Assembly (NCBI RefSeq): GCF_001194135.2
Contig: NC_068988.1
Coordinates: forward strand, 90,808,878 to 90,872,877
Reading direction: 5' to 3'
Length of the DNA stretch: 64,000 nt
From: Octopus bimaculoides
Taxonomy: Eukaryota
Shown: positions 48,846-61,899 of the stretch, piece by piece
How positions within the stretch are numbered: position 1 is the first letter of the stretch
Layout of the letters: every line of letters starts with the position of its first letter
Position numbers and translations under genes: made by a program
Notes under the pieces: generated by a model
The model's database searches: none
The model's input: only the letters and a program-made list of their open reading frames with translations
What the model was told of the DNA's origin: nothing

Positions 48846-49233
48846 ATTGGAGCTCTGGTATATGTATCACACAGCTTAAATACCAATCATGAGGAATTAG
48901 GTTTCTCAAAACCAGAAAGAACAAAACTAATTTAAAGACTATAGATCCAATCCATCACTGGAACTGTAAAAATCTGTAAAACTTTTCAGAAGTTTATCAT
49001 TTAAATATATATGAGCATGTTTAGATATGCAACTATATGCATGAGAATACATGCATAAAACATACAAATCTGCACATACATACATACATCCATACATACA
49101 TCCATACATACATACATACAAACAAAAATACCCTGTTGTCGATGTTGAAATTCCAATGAAGGATCCTTGGATCTAGGTTAGAAACCAATTCTTTCTCTAT
49201 TGGGAAGAAATCTTGAAATAAACTGAATAATGA
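48846..49233 (+). mobile_element. R4/Dong-clade 3' end, second shorter copy, inverted relative to the first
   Basis: IGAL.YVSH.L...SITGTVKICKTFQKFII* and the same 3' UTR; (TACA)n on both sides. Confidence 0.88.
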
Positions 49234-49569
49234 CATACATACATACATACATACATACATACATACATTGTCAGTAGTTCATATATCCACAAAAGAATCA
49301 CACTCTTAGATCAGTAATATATTTTTGGGGAAGTTAAAAGTTATGGCCAATTTTAGAGTGACCACTGATTTCGCAAAACCAAAAGTCACTATGACTGGCC
49401 ATAACTCTTAATTTCTCAAATATTTATATATTTTTATATGTATGTATGTATGTATGTATGTTTGCATGAGGGGGTGTATGTATGTATCTATATATGTATG
49501 TATGTATGTATGTAGGAATGTATGTATGTTTGCATTCACTCATACATACACATATACATGCACAGTTGA

Positions 49570-49900
49570 ACACTTATTGCAATGTAGGTGGTTGTTCTGA
49601 AAGCATAGAAGCCAAAGTCTGGGTGGCAAAGGGTTGAAAGAAGTTCAGGGAGCTATTACTTCTGCTTTGCAACTAAGGGTTTCTTCCTAATTGTAGAGTG
49701 CATATTCACAAAGAATGGGATGTTAAAGATCTGAAGAGAAGACTGTACATATAAGAGGGATCAAAATCAAGTGTAGCAACCAAGAAAGAGACAGTGCTGG
49801 TACGAGCATATGAGGCATATGGAGAATGAGAGAGGCACAAATAAATAACACATGCTCAAAGTAAATGGCTCCTGTGAAAGGAAGAGACAAAAAAAAATGT
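49570..49900 (+). mobile_element. RTE LINE C-terminal remnant with internal deletions
   Basis: GGCSESI..., KKFRELL.L.ATKGF, RQCWYEHM (RRLRWYGHV-like). Confidence 0.6.
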
Positions 49901-51331
49901 GGGTTTATGTAGTGAAATATGACTTAATGATGGTGCATTTCATGTAGGAGTTGACAAAGGACTGTGCTGATTGGCCAGTTGGAAGAATGAAGAATTGAAA
50001 AATCACAAAAATGGCAATAGTAATAAGGATTGACAGATTTAATACAGACATATGTGCATATGTACGTGAGAGTGTGTGTGTGTGTGTGTGTGTACACCAC
50101 ATATGTATCCGTGCATGTGTGTGTGAGTAGATATATTTACCACCAAGTCTGCTATCACTGTCTTCCCCGCAACTTGATGCCCACTCATCATTCCCCTATC
50201 ACACACTTTCCTATCACCTCTTTCTTTATCACTTAACCTTTTATCGTTCTGTCATTGGTGTCTGTGTACCTTGACACCGTCTCATCTCTCTCTCTCTGTC
50301 ACTCACTTTCTTATCATCATTATCTCTATCACTCAACTGGCTATCATTCATAGCCATACCATTCATGCATCTATCACTCCATTAGCCATGCCTCACATAC
50401 TATAAAAAGGTTTGTGAGTAAGCAGTTATATGAGGTCAAGAGATCTCTTAAATCATGTAATAGACAAGGCTACCTCATTAGTGTTGGTGCTATGAAAAAA
50501 ATGCACCCAGTATAATCTGTAAAGTCTAAGTGTGACAAGAGCCATAAGTTTTGATTAGGACATGATACATCCCAAGTGCTGGCACCATGAAAATATATAT
50601 GCAGTACACTCTGAAGAATATTTGGTGTTAGGAAGAGCATCTATCCATAGAAACCAAGCCAAAATGTAGCACATGAGATATATCATTGTCATCATTTTAC
50701 ATCTAGCTTCTATACTGGCATCAATTTTATGGTTTGATAGATTCTGATGGGTCAGTGGACTGCACAATGCTTCAGGGCCTACTTCTGTAAGGTTTTTTTT
50801 TTTTTGGCTGGATGCCCTTCCTAATGCCACCCACTTTACAGAGTGTACCAGGTATATTTTTCAAGACATCAGCAGTAGTGAAGACTACCTTGTAACTTGC
50901 ATGGCTAAGGGCCTAAAATAGATAGGAAAAAAAGGAGAGAAAGTAAAGGGATGAGAATATAAGAGTTGTACAGTAGGCACTAATTGGGGGAAGAACAACA
51001 ACAGGAAACATGGGAAAGTGAAGGGGATAATACTAGGGTTTATTGAGAAAAGGGGTAGGGAAAAAGACAGAGAGGAAAGGAATCATGTGTGTGTATGCGT
51101 GTGTGTGGGAGAGAGAGAGAGAGTGTGTGTGTGTGTGTGTGTATCTATCTCTCTTTATCTCTCCCTCTCTTCCCCTTCTCACTCAGGCAGTCCATATTTC
51201 ATTCCATAACAGCTACTTCTGATGAGCACAGGGTTACATAATCGGACTGTTACCTAACACTCGTTGAACCCTTAGTGTGAAACCAATTGGTAAGATGAGC
51301 CCTAATGGATATATAATACTGTACACATCAA

Positions 51332-51420
<89 letters not shown>

Positions 51421-51782
51421 ATATGTGTACATGTGTGTGTGTATGTATACACATACGCACACAATCACACACTCACACACACATACACAAACACACAGAT
51501 ATATATATACAATTATATACAACTATATAGTAATAATCTTTTCTACTATAGGCACAAGGCCTGAAATTTGGGAGAAGGTATAAGTTAATTATATCAGCCC
51601 CAGTACTTGACTAGTACTTATTTTCTTATCTTATCAACCCAAAAGGATGAAAGGCAACATCAACCTTGGTGGAATTTGAACTCAGAATGTAAAGACAGAC
51701 AAAATGCCACTTAGCAATGCAACTTATCATATGCACATGTGTGTGTGTGTGTGTAAGCACGTGCATGCATAGCTCTGCATAC

Positions 51783-51835
<53 letters not shown>

Positions 51836-51859
51836 TAGATAGATAGATAGATAAACAGA

Positions 51860-53095
51860 GAAGTGAGATGTGAGTTTTGAATGCAGACATCATGTGTAGA
51901 CTTGAGAAGAAAGAAGCTGGTGTACTCCGATGGATGTGCAGCATCAGTGTTCTTGTATAACAAAGTACAAATGTTCTGAAAGAAAAGTTGGGCATAGGAA
52001 GAATCACAAGACTATGCAAGACAGAAGACTATGTTAGTTTGGCTATGATATATATGAATGAAGACGGTTCTATAAACAAGTGCCAACCACTTAAAGTGGA
52101 TGGCACCAATGGAAAAGGAAGATCCAAGAAGACATAGGATGAAGTAGTGAGGGTTGATCTCAAGATGCTGGGCCTCATGGAGGAGATGACAATGGACCAA
52201 GATGCCAGGCGTTATGCGGTTCTTGAGACGACCTGCCCACCCCAGTGAAACTGAGTTCTGGAAGGGCTGTATGTTCCACCTGCATGTAGTATTAATTTCA
52301 CACACCCTACTCCAATAAACCACACTACATCTCTTCTTTTTCTCATCTCCACTTCTTCATGTGCTATGCTTATCTTTCCTTCCCCATTCCTGAAGCCAAA
52401 TCCTGTCCTCCCGCCAACCAACTGCATCATTGCTATCCTGTCATCCCCTTCTTATATGCCCCAATTTTATCAGTCACTCCAATTCCCCTCCCCACATTTT
52501 GCATTCTTATGTGATCCCTACTCACACATCCTGGGCAATCCTCTATCATTCTATTTGTATTCACATTGCCATCATCTCTCTCACTTTCTCTTGCTCTCCC
52601 TTACTCTCGCTCTCACTCTCCCCTTCACTCACTCTCCTCCTCCAACTGAGGTTACTATGTATTTCTTCTACAGCAAGACATGTTTCTATCCCTCTGTTAT
52701 AATCTAACCACACATCACCTGGTAGAAAGCCACCTCCTTCAATACAACCCTACCTCAAAAGTCTTTGTATTGCAAGTTAACTTGGTGACTTCGCTGGTGA
52801 TGGTGCCATGTAAAGTGTACTCTGTAAAGTGATTGGCATAAGGAAGGGCATCCAACCATAAAAACCATGTCAAAGCAGACCTTGCTAGTGCTGGTGCCAT
52901 GTAAAAAGCACACCTCTTCTATTCTGTAAAGTGGTTGGCATTAGGAAGGGTATCCAGTTGTAAAAAGCATGCCAAAGTAGACAGTAAAGTTTGGTATAAT
53001 CCTCTGGCCTATCAGCTCTAGTCAAATCATTCAACTTATGCCAGAATGAAAGACGGTTGTTAAATGATGATGATGAAGATGATGTTGATTATCAT
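51860..53095 (+). mobile_element. RTE LINE 3' end: ORF C-terminus, pyrimidine-rich 3' UTR and family A tail
   Basis: MCRLEKKEAGVLRWMCSI...KEKLGI...GKGRSKKT*DEVVRVDLKMLGL; the UTR ends in duplicated ggtgccatgtaaa...ggaagggcatcca units and ttaaatgatgatgat. Confidence 0.8.
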
Positions 53096-54022
53096 CATCA
53101 TTTAATAACCATGTTCCATCTTGGTGTAGGTTGATGAGTTGAACAGTATAGCAGGATCCAATTGTTCCAAAGACTGCATTGTGTTCCAATGACAACTTTG
53201 ACATGCTTTTTTTTATGTCTGGATGCCCTTTCTAAACACCAACCACTTTGCAGTGAGTACTGGATGCTTTTTGTCATGGCACCAGCACAAGCAAGTTTGC
53301 CATGCAGCTCATAAGACTAAGATCCCCCTTTGATTAGGAGGTGAGCTCCAGCAGAGAGGAAGGTAGCATGAATGTTAAGAAGTGAGAGGCAAAAGTATGA
53401 AAGAAGGGTTCAACACAGAACAGGTTTGTTACTGTAGAGGAGAGCTACATAGCAACTTACATTACAGAAGAGAGAGTGTCTTCACTCCCATTCCACAATA
53501 TATCATGTAATTGTCTTGCAAATAATTCACCTCCATCACCATCATCATTGCCACCACCTCCACCACCACTACCACCACTTACAAATACGATGGGCTACTT
53601 TCATTTTCCATTCATCAAATCCATTCACAAGGTTTTGGTCAGCCTCGGGCTGTAGTTGGAGACACTTACCCAATAAGCTACAGAATGTGATTGAACCCAG
53701 AACCAGGTGGTTGGGACACAAACTTCTTATCACACAGCCATGTGTTTTGTATAACAGATTATTTGTCCTCTTTCATTCCATAGTTATTGCACTACATTCA
53801 TAGGTACTCACAGGATAATTTTATAGATTTACTTAGACGTTTCTTTCGAAAGTTTTGTCAAATGTATATAGTCTTTGTTGATGAAGTCAGGATACACTTA
53901 AATCCATGTAGAGTTATCTCCCATATTTACTTGAAAATGAAATAATATTGAACTTTTGTATTTGGTTAGTATGATTTTTGCTGTAACTCGGGTTGAAACA
54001 AGATTTTGTTTGTATGCTAGAG

Positions 54023-54302
54023 CAGGGGTTTTCAAACTGTGGTCCGCAAGGACAAGACAGGGGGTCCGTGGACAGCAAATACTTTTTATGGGCAATTTGA
54101 TTTTATATATGTTCTTTAATCGAAATCTTTTAATTGACAATAAACCTATTTTGTTAAATACTGTTAAATAAATAAATGTAAAAATATATGTTATTTTAAG
54201 CAAATATTTATGTATAAATTTCATAAGCGTTTATAAGGGGGTCCCTAAGGTAAAGCCTGAACTATAAAGGGGTCCGCAAGTCAAAATGTTTGAAAACCCC
54301 TG
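54023..54302. mobile_element. hAT (Charlie-like) MITE, 280 bp
   Basis: Perfect 15-bp TIR CAGGGGTTTTCAAAC; 8-bp flanks tgctagag and ctctagag (NTCTAGAN-type target). Confidence 0.88.
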
Positions 54303-54974
54303 CTCTAGAGGGATCATTGTGTCAAAGTAAACATATGCACTGGTGCAATTTCACTAAATTATTATTTGTCAGTTGATTTTGCTATTAAACTGACAAAGTA
54401 ATCGATTGTTTGATTAATCACTCAATCAACAGTATTTTTCAAAGATCTTTTGTTGCTGATCATGACCTCTTCATTGACTGATTGATTGATTGACCAAATG
54501 ATTAATCAAGTAGTCAATAAATCAGTTAGTTGGTTGAATATCCAACCAATTGACAAATAATAATGAAGTGAAATTGAACCAGTGTGTGCGTTTATTATTG
54601 GCATAACGACCCTCCTAAGGTAGAAGAAAATAATATTAAGCATTGTTTAGCCTTTCCCTTATTAACTTTGCACTGACACACGTTTATTTGCAGTTCACTT
54701 ATTAATGTTCTTTGTATGAAGTAGGAATATATTGGTTTCAAATTTTTGCACAAAGCCAGCTATTTCGAGGGAGGGGGGTAATTCGATTACACAGACCCCA
54801 GTGCTCAATGTGTAGTTATTTTTTCGAGCCCAATAGTATGAGAGATAAAATCAATTTTGACAGAATTTAAACTCAGAACATAAACATGGATGAAATACCA
54901 CTGAGCATTTTGCCCAGCACGGTAATGACTCTGCCAGTCCACCACCTTAAGCATCAGCTTAATTATAGTTTTCC

Positions 54975-56330
54975 ATACAAACGATGTCTCCAAGTTATTG
55001 TGTTCTCTACTTCTACATCTCTAGTCTAACCTCTGTAAAATCATGTGCGTTTACAAATCGTGTACACTTACAAATCAAACTAACATACAACGTGCACAGG
55101 GAAGACTTACTTGAGAAGATCATGCATCAGTTTCACAACACTAATTTTGATCTCTACCTTGAAGCATACAGTTGTAAATCCATTCAGTGCATACTGGAGA
55201 TTACCTTCTGACGAGCTAAGTAGTACCATATCATCTGTAAATATCAGTCAACTGATCCTACACCCAATAATTGTGAGGTAATCTTCCAGTTTCGGGAGGT
55301 AAAAAAAAGTAAATAAAATACAAGGGAAATAACTTAACGTCTTACTAGTATTATCCGTACACCTCTGAAATGTTTTTTTTTTTTAGCTGTTTATAAATAA
55401 AATCACACACGTGATTGAAGTTAACTGTTTATATATAAATCACACACGTGATTGAATATCATAGTGCCGGCTGCACAACAACTTATGGTAATCTTCCAGT
55501 ATAGGGAAATAACAGTCAAACTAAAGCGTTTGACCAGAGCTAAAAAAAAAAAAAAAATTAGTGTAATAGGTGTAAAACAACTTGCTGTGAACGAATATGA
55601 AGAATGCGCGCTCGCGAACGGATGGGGTGAGGAGAGTACGGATAATACTAGTAAGACGTTAAGTTATTTCCCTTGTATTCTTATTTACTTTTTTTTACCT
55701 CCCGAAACTGGAAGATTACCTCAAGCTGCTGGTGTCTAGCACCTCTGGATGATCTCTACTCAACAGTCACTCAACTCTCTACTACAGCCAGACTACCTCT
55801 ATTTATGTCTTGGGCGATCCTACTTCTTCGCTTGGGGGCGTCGACACAACATTAACGAAAAGAGAGATGACAATATGCACCCCTGCTGAAGTCCAATACT
55901 AACATTGACAGGTTTTGATTTAATACCACTGGCAAACACAAACATTTGGGCATTCCTGACAACCAAAAGCACTTCTAAAAATCAAAAGTCACCCATTAAA
56001 CCTAAATTCCTGCAAAACCCTGAACAGCATGTCCTGCAGTAGGCAGCCACATGCCTTTTCCAGGTGTACAAAGGAAATGGGCACATTGTTACATCTGAAA
56101 GCTGTAATTGTCTCAATAACTTCAGCCTCTGTATTCCTAGATGTACTTTGTGTTTACCAGAAGATTTTATTGTAACTGGATTTTTGGAGATCAGCACAGT
56201 ATTCCCTTCAACTCCCAAGTATGCTTTTCTCTGCTGAGAGAACCCCTGCTGAGTCCTCTTGTTATGACACCGGTAGATGTTCTGCCAGAATACTTAATTC
56301 GCCAATGAAACCTCAGAGTCCTGTGAATGC
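54975..56330 (-). mobile_element. RTE-clade (Rex3/Expander-like) RT fragment, split by a MITE
   Basis: SFVHLEKA...LQEF.FNG, VSIGLQQGCILSSLF, then beyond the MITE LIFTDDMVLLSSSEGNLQYALNGF...KIS. Confidence 0.8.
55274..55723. mobile_element. Foldback MITE with ~87-bp near-perfect TIRs
   Basis: 55274-55360 versus 55636-55723 are reverse complements with about 1-2 differences; no clear TSD. Confidence 0.88.
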
Positions 56331-57326
56331 GTCTATCATCATTATCACCATCATCATCACCACCATCACCATCATCACTATTTAACGGTAGTTTTCCATG
56401 CTGGCATGAGTGGGACAGTTGACTCTAGGAACACACCTGTTTCTGTTGTGTGTGTGTGCCTGCGTATGTGTATGTATTGATAAATATCCATAATTATTTT
56501 AATTATCATACATATTCAAGTTGATAAATAACGAGTGATAATCCAAATAGAAATGAACAGATAATTGGAATGGAACCTATAAAAATACATCTCACGTAAT
56601 AGTACCTTTAATAAGATAATTGTCCAAACAGTGCTGTTAATGTAATAGCAATTAAAATAGGTTATGCTGAGTTACTGCCCTTGATACTCAGAAATGAAAT
56701 TGAATTATTGGGTTAATAATTGTAATTTTGTATTTGTTAGTTATTGAAACGAAAGTAAGCTACTGTCGGTGGAATCGATACAGTGTACAACATGCCGTTT
56801 TCTGTCACGCGCATGGCTCTTATTTAATATTGGACTAAAGCTGGTAATGACGAGGATTCTCGTCAGACTTTAGGAATAGCTATCACTACTTCATAGGGAA
56901 CAAAGAGGGTAATAAATTGAGTGAGATTTTTCATTTTAAGTATTCCCGTGTTCTATACGACGGAAATTACGATTCTAAAAGAATCGTAATTTCTTTTCTT
57001 TCTGTTTTTGGTTTCCGATTCAGTGCCGTTTCCTTCCTCTGAGATAGCAATAGTTATTTCGAAAGTCAGTCGGATCCTCTTTTAACTCTTGAGCAGACTT
57101 GTGTATGCTTGCTTTTGTATATTACGCACACACAGATACGCCTCCGCATATTTGTTGAGCCACACACACAAACAAACACATACACTCACAGATAAAACGA
57201 TAGATAGCTAGAAGGATCATGCATACATATGTAACGGTTAAGATTGATTAGGTACACAATAATATGAAATGTCGGAGTCAGCAGTTGTAACGATAAAAAT
57301 TTGTTGTTATAACGGCATGTAGTAGG

Positions 57327-57929
57327 GGATCTTTTTTAAAACGGGGGCCACATTTTTCATTAACGAAACACTTTGAAACTTGGAACACTGGTAGAATGTG
57401 TCATATAAAACATCTTTTTCTCTTAGTCTTCTTTAAAAAAAAAGAAATCTCTAAGTTATTCCATGTTAAAGTTGTCGTATTTCTGTAATTTCAACCAATC
57501 ACTGACGTCCATTCAGCCGATATACATTAAGTGCCGACTACATNNNNNNNNNNNNNNNNNNNNNNNNNNNNNNNNNNNNNNNNNNNNNNNNNNNNNNNNN
57601 NNNNNNNNNNNNNNNNNNNNNNNNNNNNNNNNNNNNNNNNNNNNNNNNNNNNNNNNNNNNNNNNNNNNNNNNNNNNNNNNNNNNNNNNNNNNNNNNNNNN
57701 NNNNNNNNNNNNNNNNNNNNNNNATATAAACAACTGAATACTTGTCAGTGATTGGTTGAAATTATCGAAATAAGACAATTTTTTACATGAAATGAATTCG
57801 AATACAAAAATATTTTTCTGTTCTATAACACAAAATAGATAAGTATACGAAGTTTGAAAGTCTTTCCGTACCAAAAACACTACGTAAAACATTAATGAAA
57901 AATGAGGCCCCCGTTTTAAAAAAAGATCC
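57327..57929. mobile_element. Non-autonomous DNA transposon (Merlin/MULE-like) with a central gap
   Basis: ~38-bp TIR GGATCTTTTTTAAAACGGGGGCC.CATTTTTCATTAA; exact 8-bp TSD GTAGTAGG at 57319-57326 and 57930-57937; inner inverted repeat 57459-57506 versus 57744-57790. Confidence 0.85.
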
Positions 57930-58298
57930 GTAGTAGGATGTGAAAGATGAACAATGCATGAAGTTTTAAGAAAGTATTTATTTACCGTTACGTTGAAAAT
58001 ACCTTTCCTCATCAGGCAGGTTATAAAATCCGAGAGCATGCGAAAGAAAGTTGGATGTGGTAGAATTTTTCTTTGTATAGTTTTGTGTACACTTTGTTAG
58101 TAGTAATCTACAGATGGCGATGGAATGATGTTGTAAGAGAACAGAATTAGAGCTAGTGAAAGTTGTAGAATCGAGGAAAGGTGTCTCTTAGTTGCTGACA
58201 GTAAATTTCATTTCTCTGTCGGACTATTGTCTTTAGTAGCTGTCTTGCTTGTGATCGTGATTCTAGCAGTCCGTTCCCTAACTGATTGAGTATACAAA

Positions 58299-58633
58299 GT
58301 GAAGGGGCATGGCTCAGTGCTTAGAGCGTTGAGCTTACGATCATGAGGTTGTGAGTTCGATTCCTGGACCTGGCTGTGTGTTGTGTTCTTGAGCAAGACA
58401 CTTTATTTCACGTTGCTCCAGTTCACTCGGCTGTAGAAATGAGTTGCGACGTCACAGGTGCCAAGCTGTATCGACCTTTGCCTTTCTCTTGGATAACACT
58501 GGTGGTGTGGAGAGTGGAGGCTGGTATGCATGGGCGAGTGCTGGTCTTCCATAAACAACCTTGCCCGGACTTGTGCCTGGGAGGGTAACTTTCTAGGTGC
58601 AATCCCATGGTCAGTCATGACCAAAGGGGCTCT
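58299..58633 (+). mobile_element. tRNA-headed SINE family D
   Basis: A-box TGGCTCAGTG, B-box GAGTTCGATTCC, central gtgttcttgagcaagacactttatttcac domain (CORE/Meta-like, from memory). Confidence 0.85.
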
Positions 58634-59149
58634 CAGCAGCATATATATGCAAACATATATATATGTGTGTATATATGTGTGTATATATATGTGTGTATAT
58701 AAATATATAATATATTTAGTCTGTAGGTATAAACTAAGAGGTCAACATGTAATCTTTTAATGTAAATCTTTTTCCATGGTAATATCTTGCTCATATTTAT
58801 AAATGCAAATTTAAACCATAAATTTGTAATTTATTTAATGAGTACAAATAGAAACATCTGTAGGAAGAAAAATTTATCAATTTATTAATAAATAATTATT
58901 AACTTTCAACTCTACATTTTCTTTTCTTCCATGTATTGACATGGTACTTTTTGATTACCTTACCCCCATTATAAAATTGCGTTATCTAAAAAAAATTGTT
59001 TAACCCTCAAAAAAAAAATAAATAAATGAAAAAATTAATAATCATAAATAGTGAAAAGATTAAACACCTTATTGAATCTAACAACATTTTTATAACAAAC
59101 CATATGATGCCTATTGAGGAGGCCAAAAGTCAACAATGTGTTGAAGTAT

Positions 59150-59420
59150 TGAATCAAAAGGATCTAACCCTTTTGATTCAATCTCTTGTTGCCACATTCA
59201 CCAACTTAAACAAGGAGACCATCCAGAAGAGTTGCAGGAGATTCCAAAGTCGTCTTGAGGTTGTGGTTGAAGCAAACGGCAATTTTATTGAATGAATTTA
59301 CTCTTTAGTATTTCAAGATATCTTTATGTAATTTTGGTAAATATAGCTGTCAAAATGAGATGTTAGTGTTATTTTTATTTTTGCATAATTTAGATGACAG
59401 TTTATTCACTGCACCTTGTA
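59150..59420 (+). mobile_element. Tc1/mariner 3' end remnant
   Basis: ETIQKSCRRFQSRLEVVVEANGNFIE* followed by a terminal ...cactgcaccttg|TA. Confidence 0.75.
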
Positions 59421-59511
59421 TGTGTGTGTGTGTGTGTGTGTGTGAATATATGTATTATGACATATGTGTGTGAATGCACACACACACATACATATATATA
59501 TATATGTGCAT

Positions 59512-59543
<32 letters not shown>

Positions 59544-61227
59544 NNNNNNNNNNNNNNNNNNNNNNNNNNNNNNNNNNNNNNNNNNNNNNNNNNNNNNNNN
59601 NNNNNNNNNNNNNNNNNNNNNNNNNNNNNNNNNNNNNNNNNNNNNNNNNNNNNNNNNNNNNNNNNNNNNNNNNNNNNNNNNNNNNNNNNNNNNNNNNNNN
59701 NNNNNNNNNNNNNNNNNNNNNNNNNNNNNNNNTATATACATACATAGAGACATACTAGTTCTCTTTCATTTTTTCCATATTCCATTTCATCATACACTAA
59801 GTATCTTGGTTTCCTTTTCCTGCTATCTCAACATCTTCCATTCATACTATGCATGGATACAAAAGAACTTTAATCCAAGAAGATATGCAAGACACCACTT
59901 CTATAACATACTCAACTCCTACTTTCCTCAGTAGGAATTGTTGTACTTCTGAAAATTTTGGGAAGTGAACACATGCTGTTTAACGATATTTAATTATCAT
60001 ACCATTTGGGTTGGTTGAATTTACTGTTCTGAGGCATGTAGAAAATAAAATAGAACTAGTGTGTGTGTGTGTGTGCATCCTCTGTCTATCTATCTATCTA
60101 TCTATCTAACTATCTGTGTTTGTATGAATCTATCTAACTATCTGTGTTTGTATGAATCTATCTATTTATCTATCTATCTATCTATCTATCTGTGTTTGTA
60201 TGAATCTATCTATGTTCGTATATATGCAAATATGTATCTATCTCACTATACACACGCACTTTATTGTCAATGTTACTGTACTTGCATATTTTCTCAATTT
60301 GTTCAGCCTGATGTGATGTGAATATGATGTAAATATATCATCATCCTCATTTTCATTTCTGCTTTTCCACTTTCCATGCTGGTATGGGTTACATGGATCA
60401 ACATGGTCTGAGTCATCTTCTATTGGGAGTTACGGCCTCCTTAGACAGATACATGTGTCATTTGACTTCGTTTCTAAGGTTGGATGTCCCTCCTATCATC
60501 AACCATTATAGAGAATGCACTGGATGTGTTTTTCAGTGCACTAACTCTTGAGAGGTTGAATGAGGGACCTGAAATACAAATAAATAGGTTTTATCCTTAC
60601 CAGCCATTTTTCCATATGTATTATGCAGACTAGTTTAGCATGAATTCTCCTATGTTTTATGTTAGAATAGGACAGTATGGTTTTTCATACACTCCTACGT
60701 TTATATGATAATATATAGCTTGAAACGTTAATCTATAATATTATGTAGATTAGAGTGTATTGATAATAATAATTATAGTAAAAGTTTTGAATCTTAATGT
60801 ACATTATAAATGGAGTCCATCTTGCAAAAATATTATGCCCGTCTGCCCTCCCACCCCTCCCTCACTGTTTAATTATAAATGTACATGTCTCTTCCTAGGA
60901 AATCGTACTGGTCTCTGTGTAGAGGTTTCCCCTCTCTGTATCCATTTTTTGAGTGTGTGTGCCTGTCAGCTTACCGTATAAGTGTCTGTATGTACTTATG
61001 TGAACCTCATTATGTATATATTTTAGTGTGGATGTATATGTTTATGAGTATATATGTATATGATTATGGGTATATATGTATATATTTAATTCTATGTCTA
61101 CTTCTGTGTGAACTGCATGTTCATATGTGTGTATGTATATATGAGTATGTGGGTATATTTATGTCTATATGTTTGATTATGTGGACTACATGTTCATATG
61201 TGTGTGTGTGTGTGTGTGGGTATATGG

Positions 61228-61264
<37 letters not shown>

Positions 61265-61899
61265 GATGTATGGGTATGTGTGTATATGTGTTTCTGTATG
61301 TATGACTATGTAAGATTCATATCATGTTGTGTGGTGTTTATATCATCATCATCATCATCATCGTTTAATGTCCGCTTTCCATGCTAGCATGGGTTGGACG
61401 ATCTGACTGAGGACTGGTGAAACCGGATGGCAACACCAGGCTCCAATCTAATTTGGCAGAGTTTCTACAGCTGGATGCCCTTCCTAACGCCAACCACTCA
61501 GAGAGTGTAGACATATACAATATATGTGTGTATTAGCATCTAAGGTTAATACTGGGTATGTATAAGTGGATATATATGATTACTTTCATGCTCTTGTTAC
61601 CCCTTTCTTTACTGGGTCTTAGTCTTAAGCTGTAGGGAGTTAGGAAATTGTACTTCAGTGAACTGAATACATTCTGTGGTAAGGTATATATGTATATAGA
61701 CACATAAGGCTACTTTATGCCTTTCTTATCCCTTCTCTTTACTGGCCCTTAATCTAATGCTGTATGAGAAGGAGAGAAAAATTTTACTTCATTGAATCAA
61801 ATTCACAATGTACACTACATTACCAGGAAAACGTTTACACAGATCTTTTCAAACATGAACAAAAGCCCTTTAGCGACTACCTTCCCGTTCTCCCCCCCC

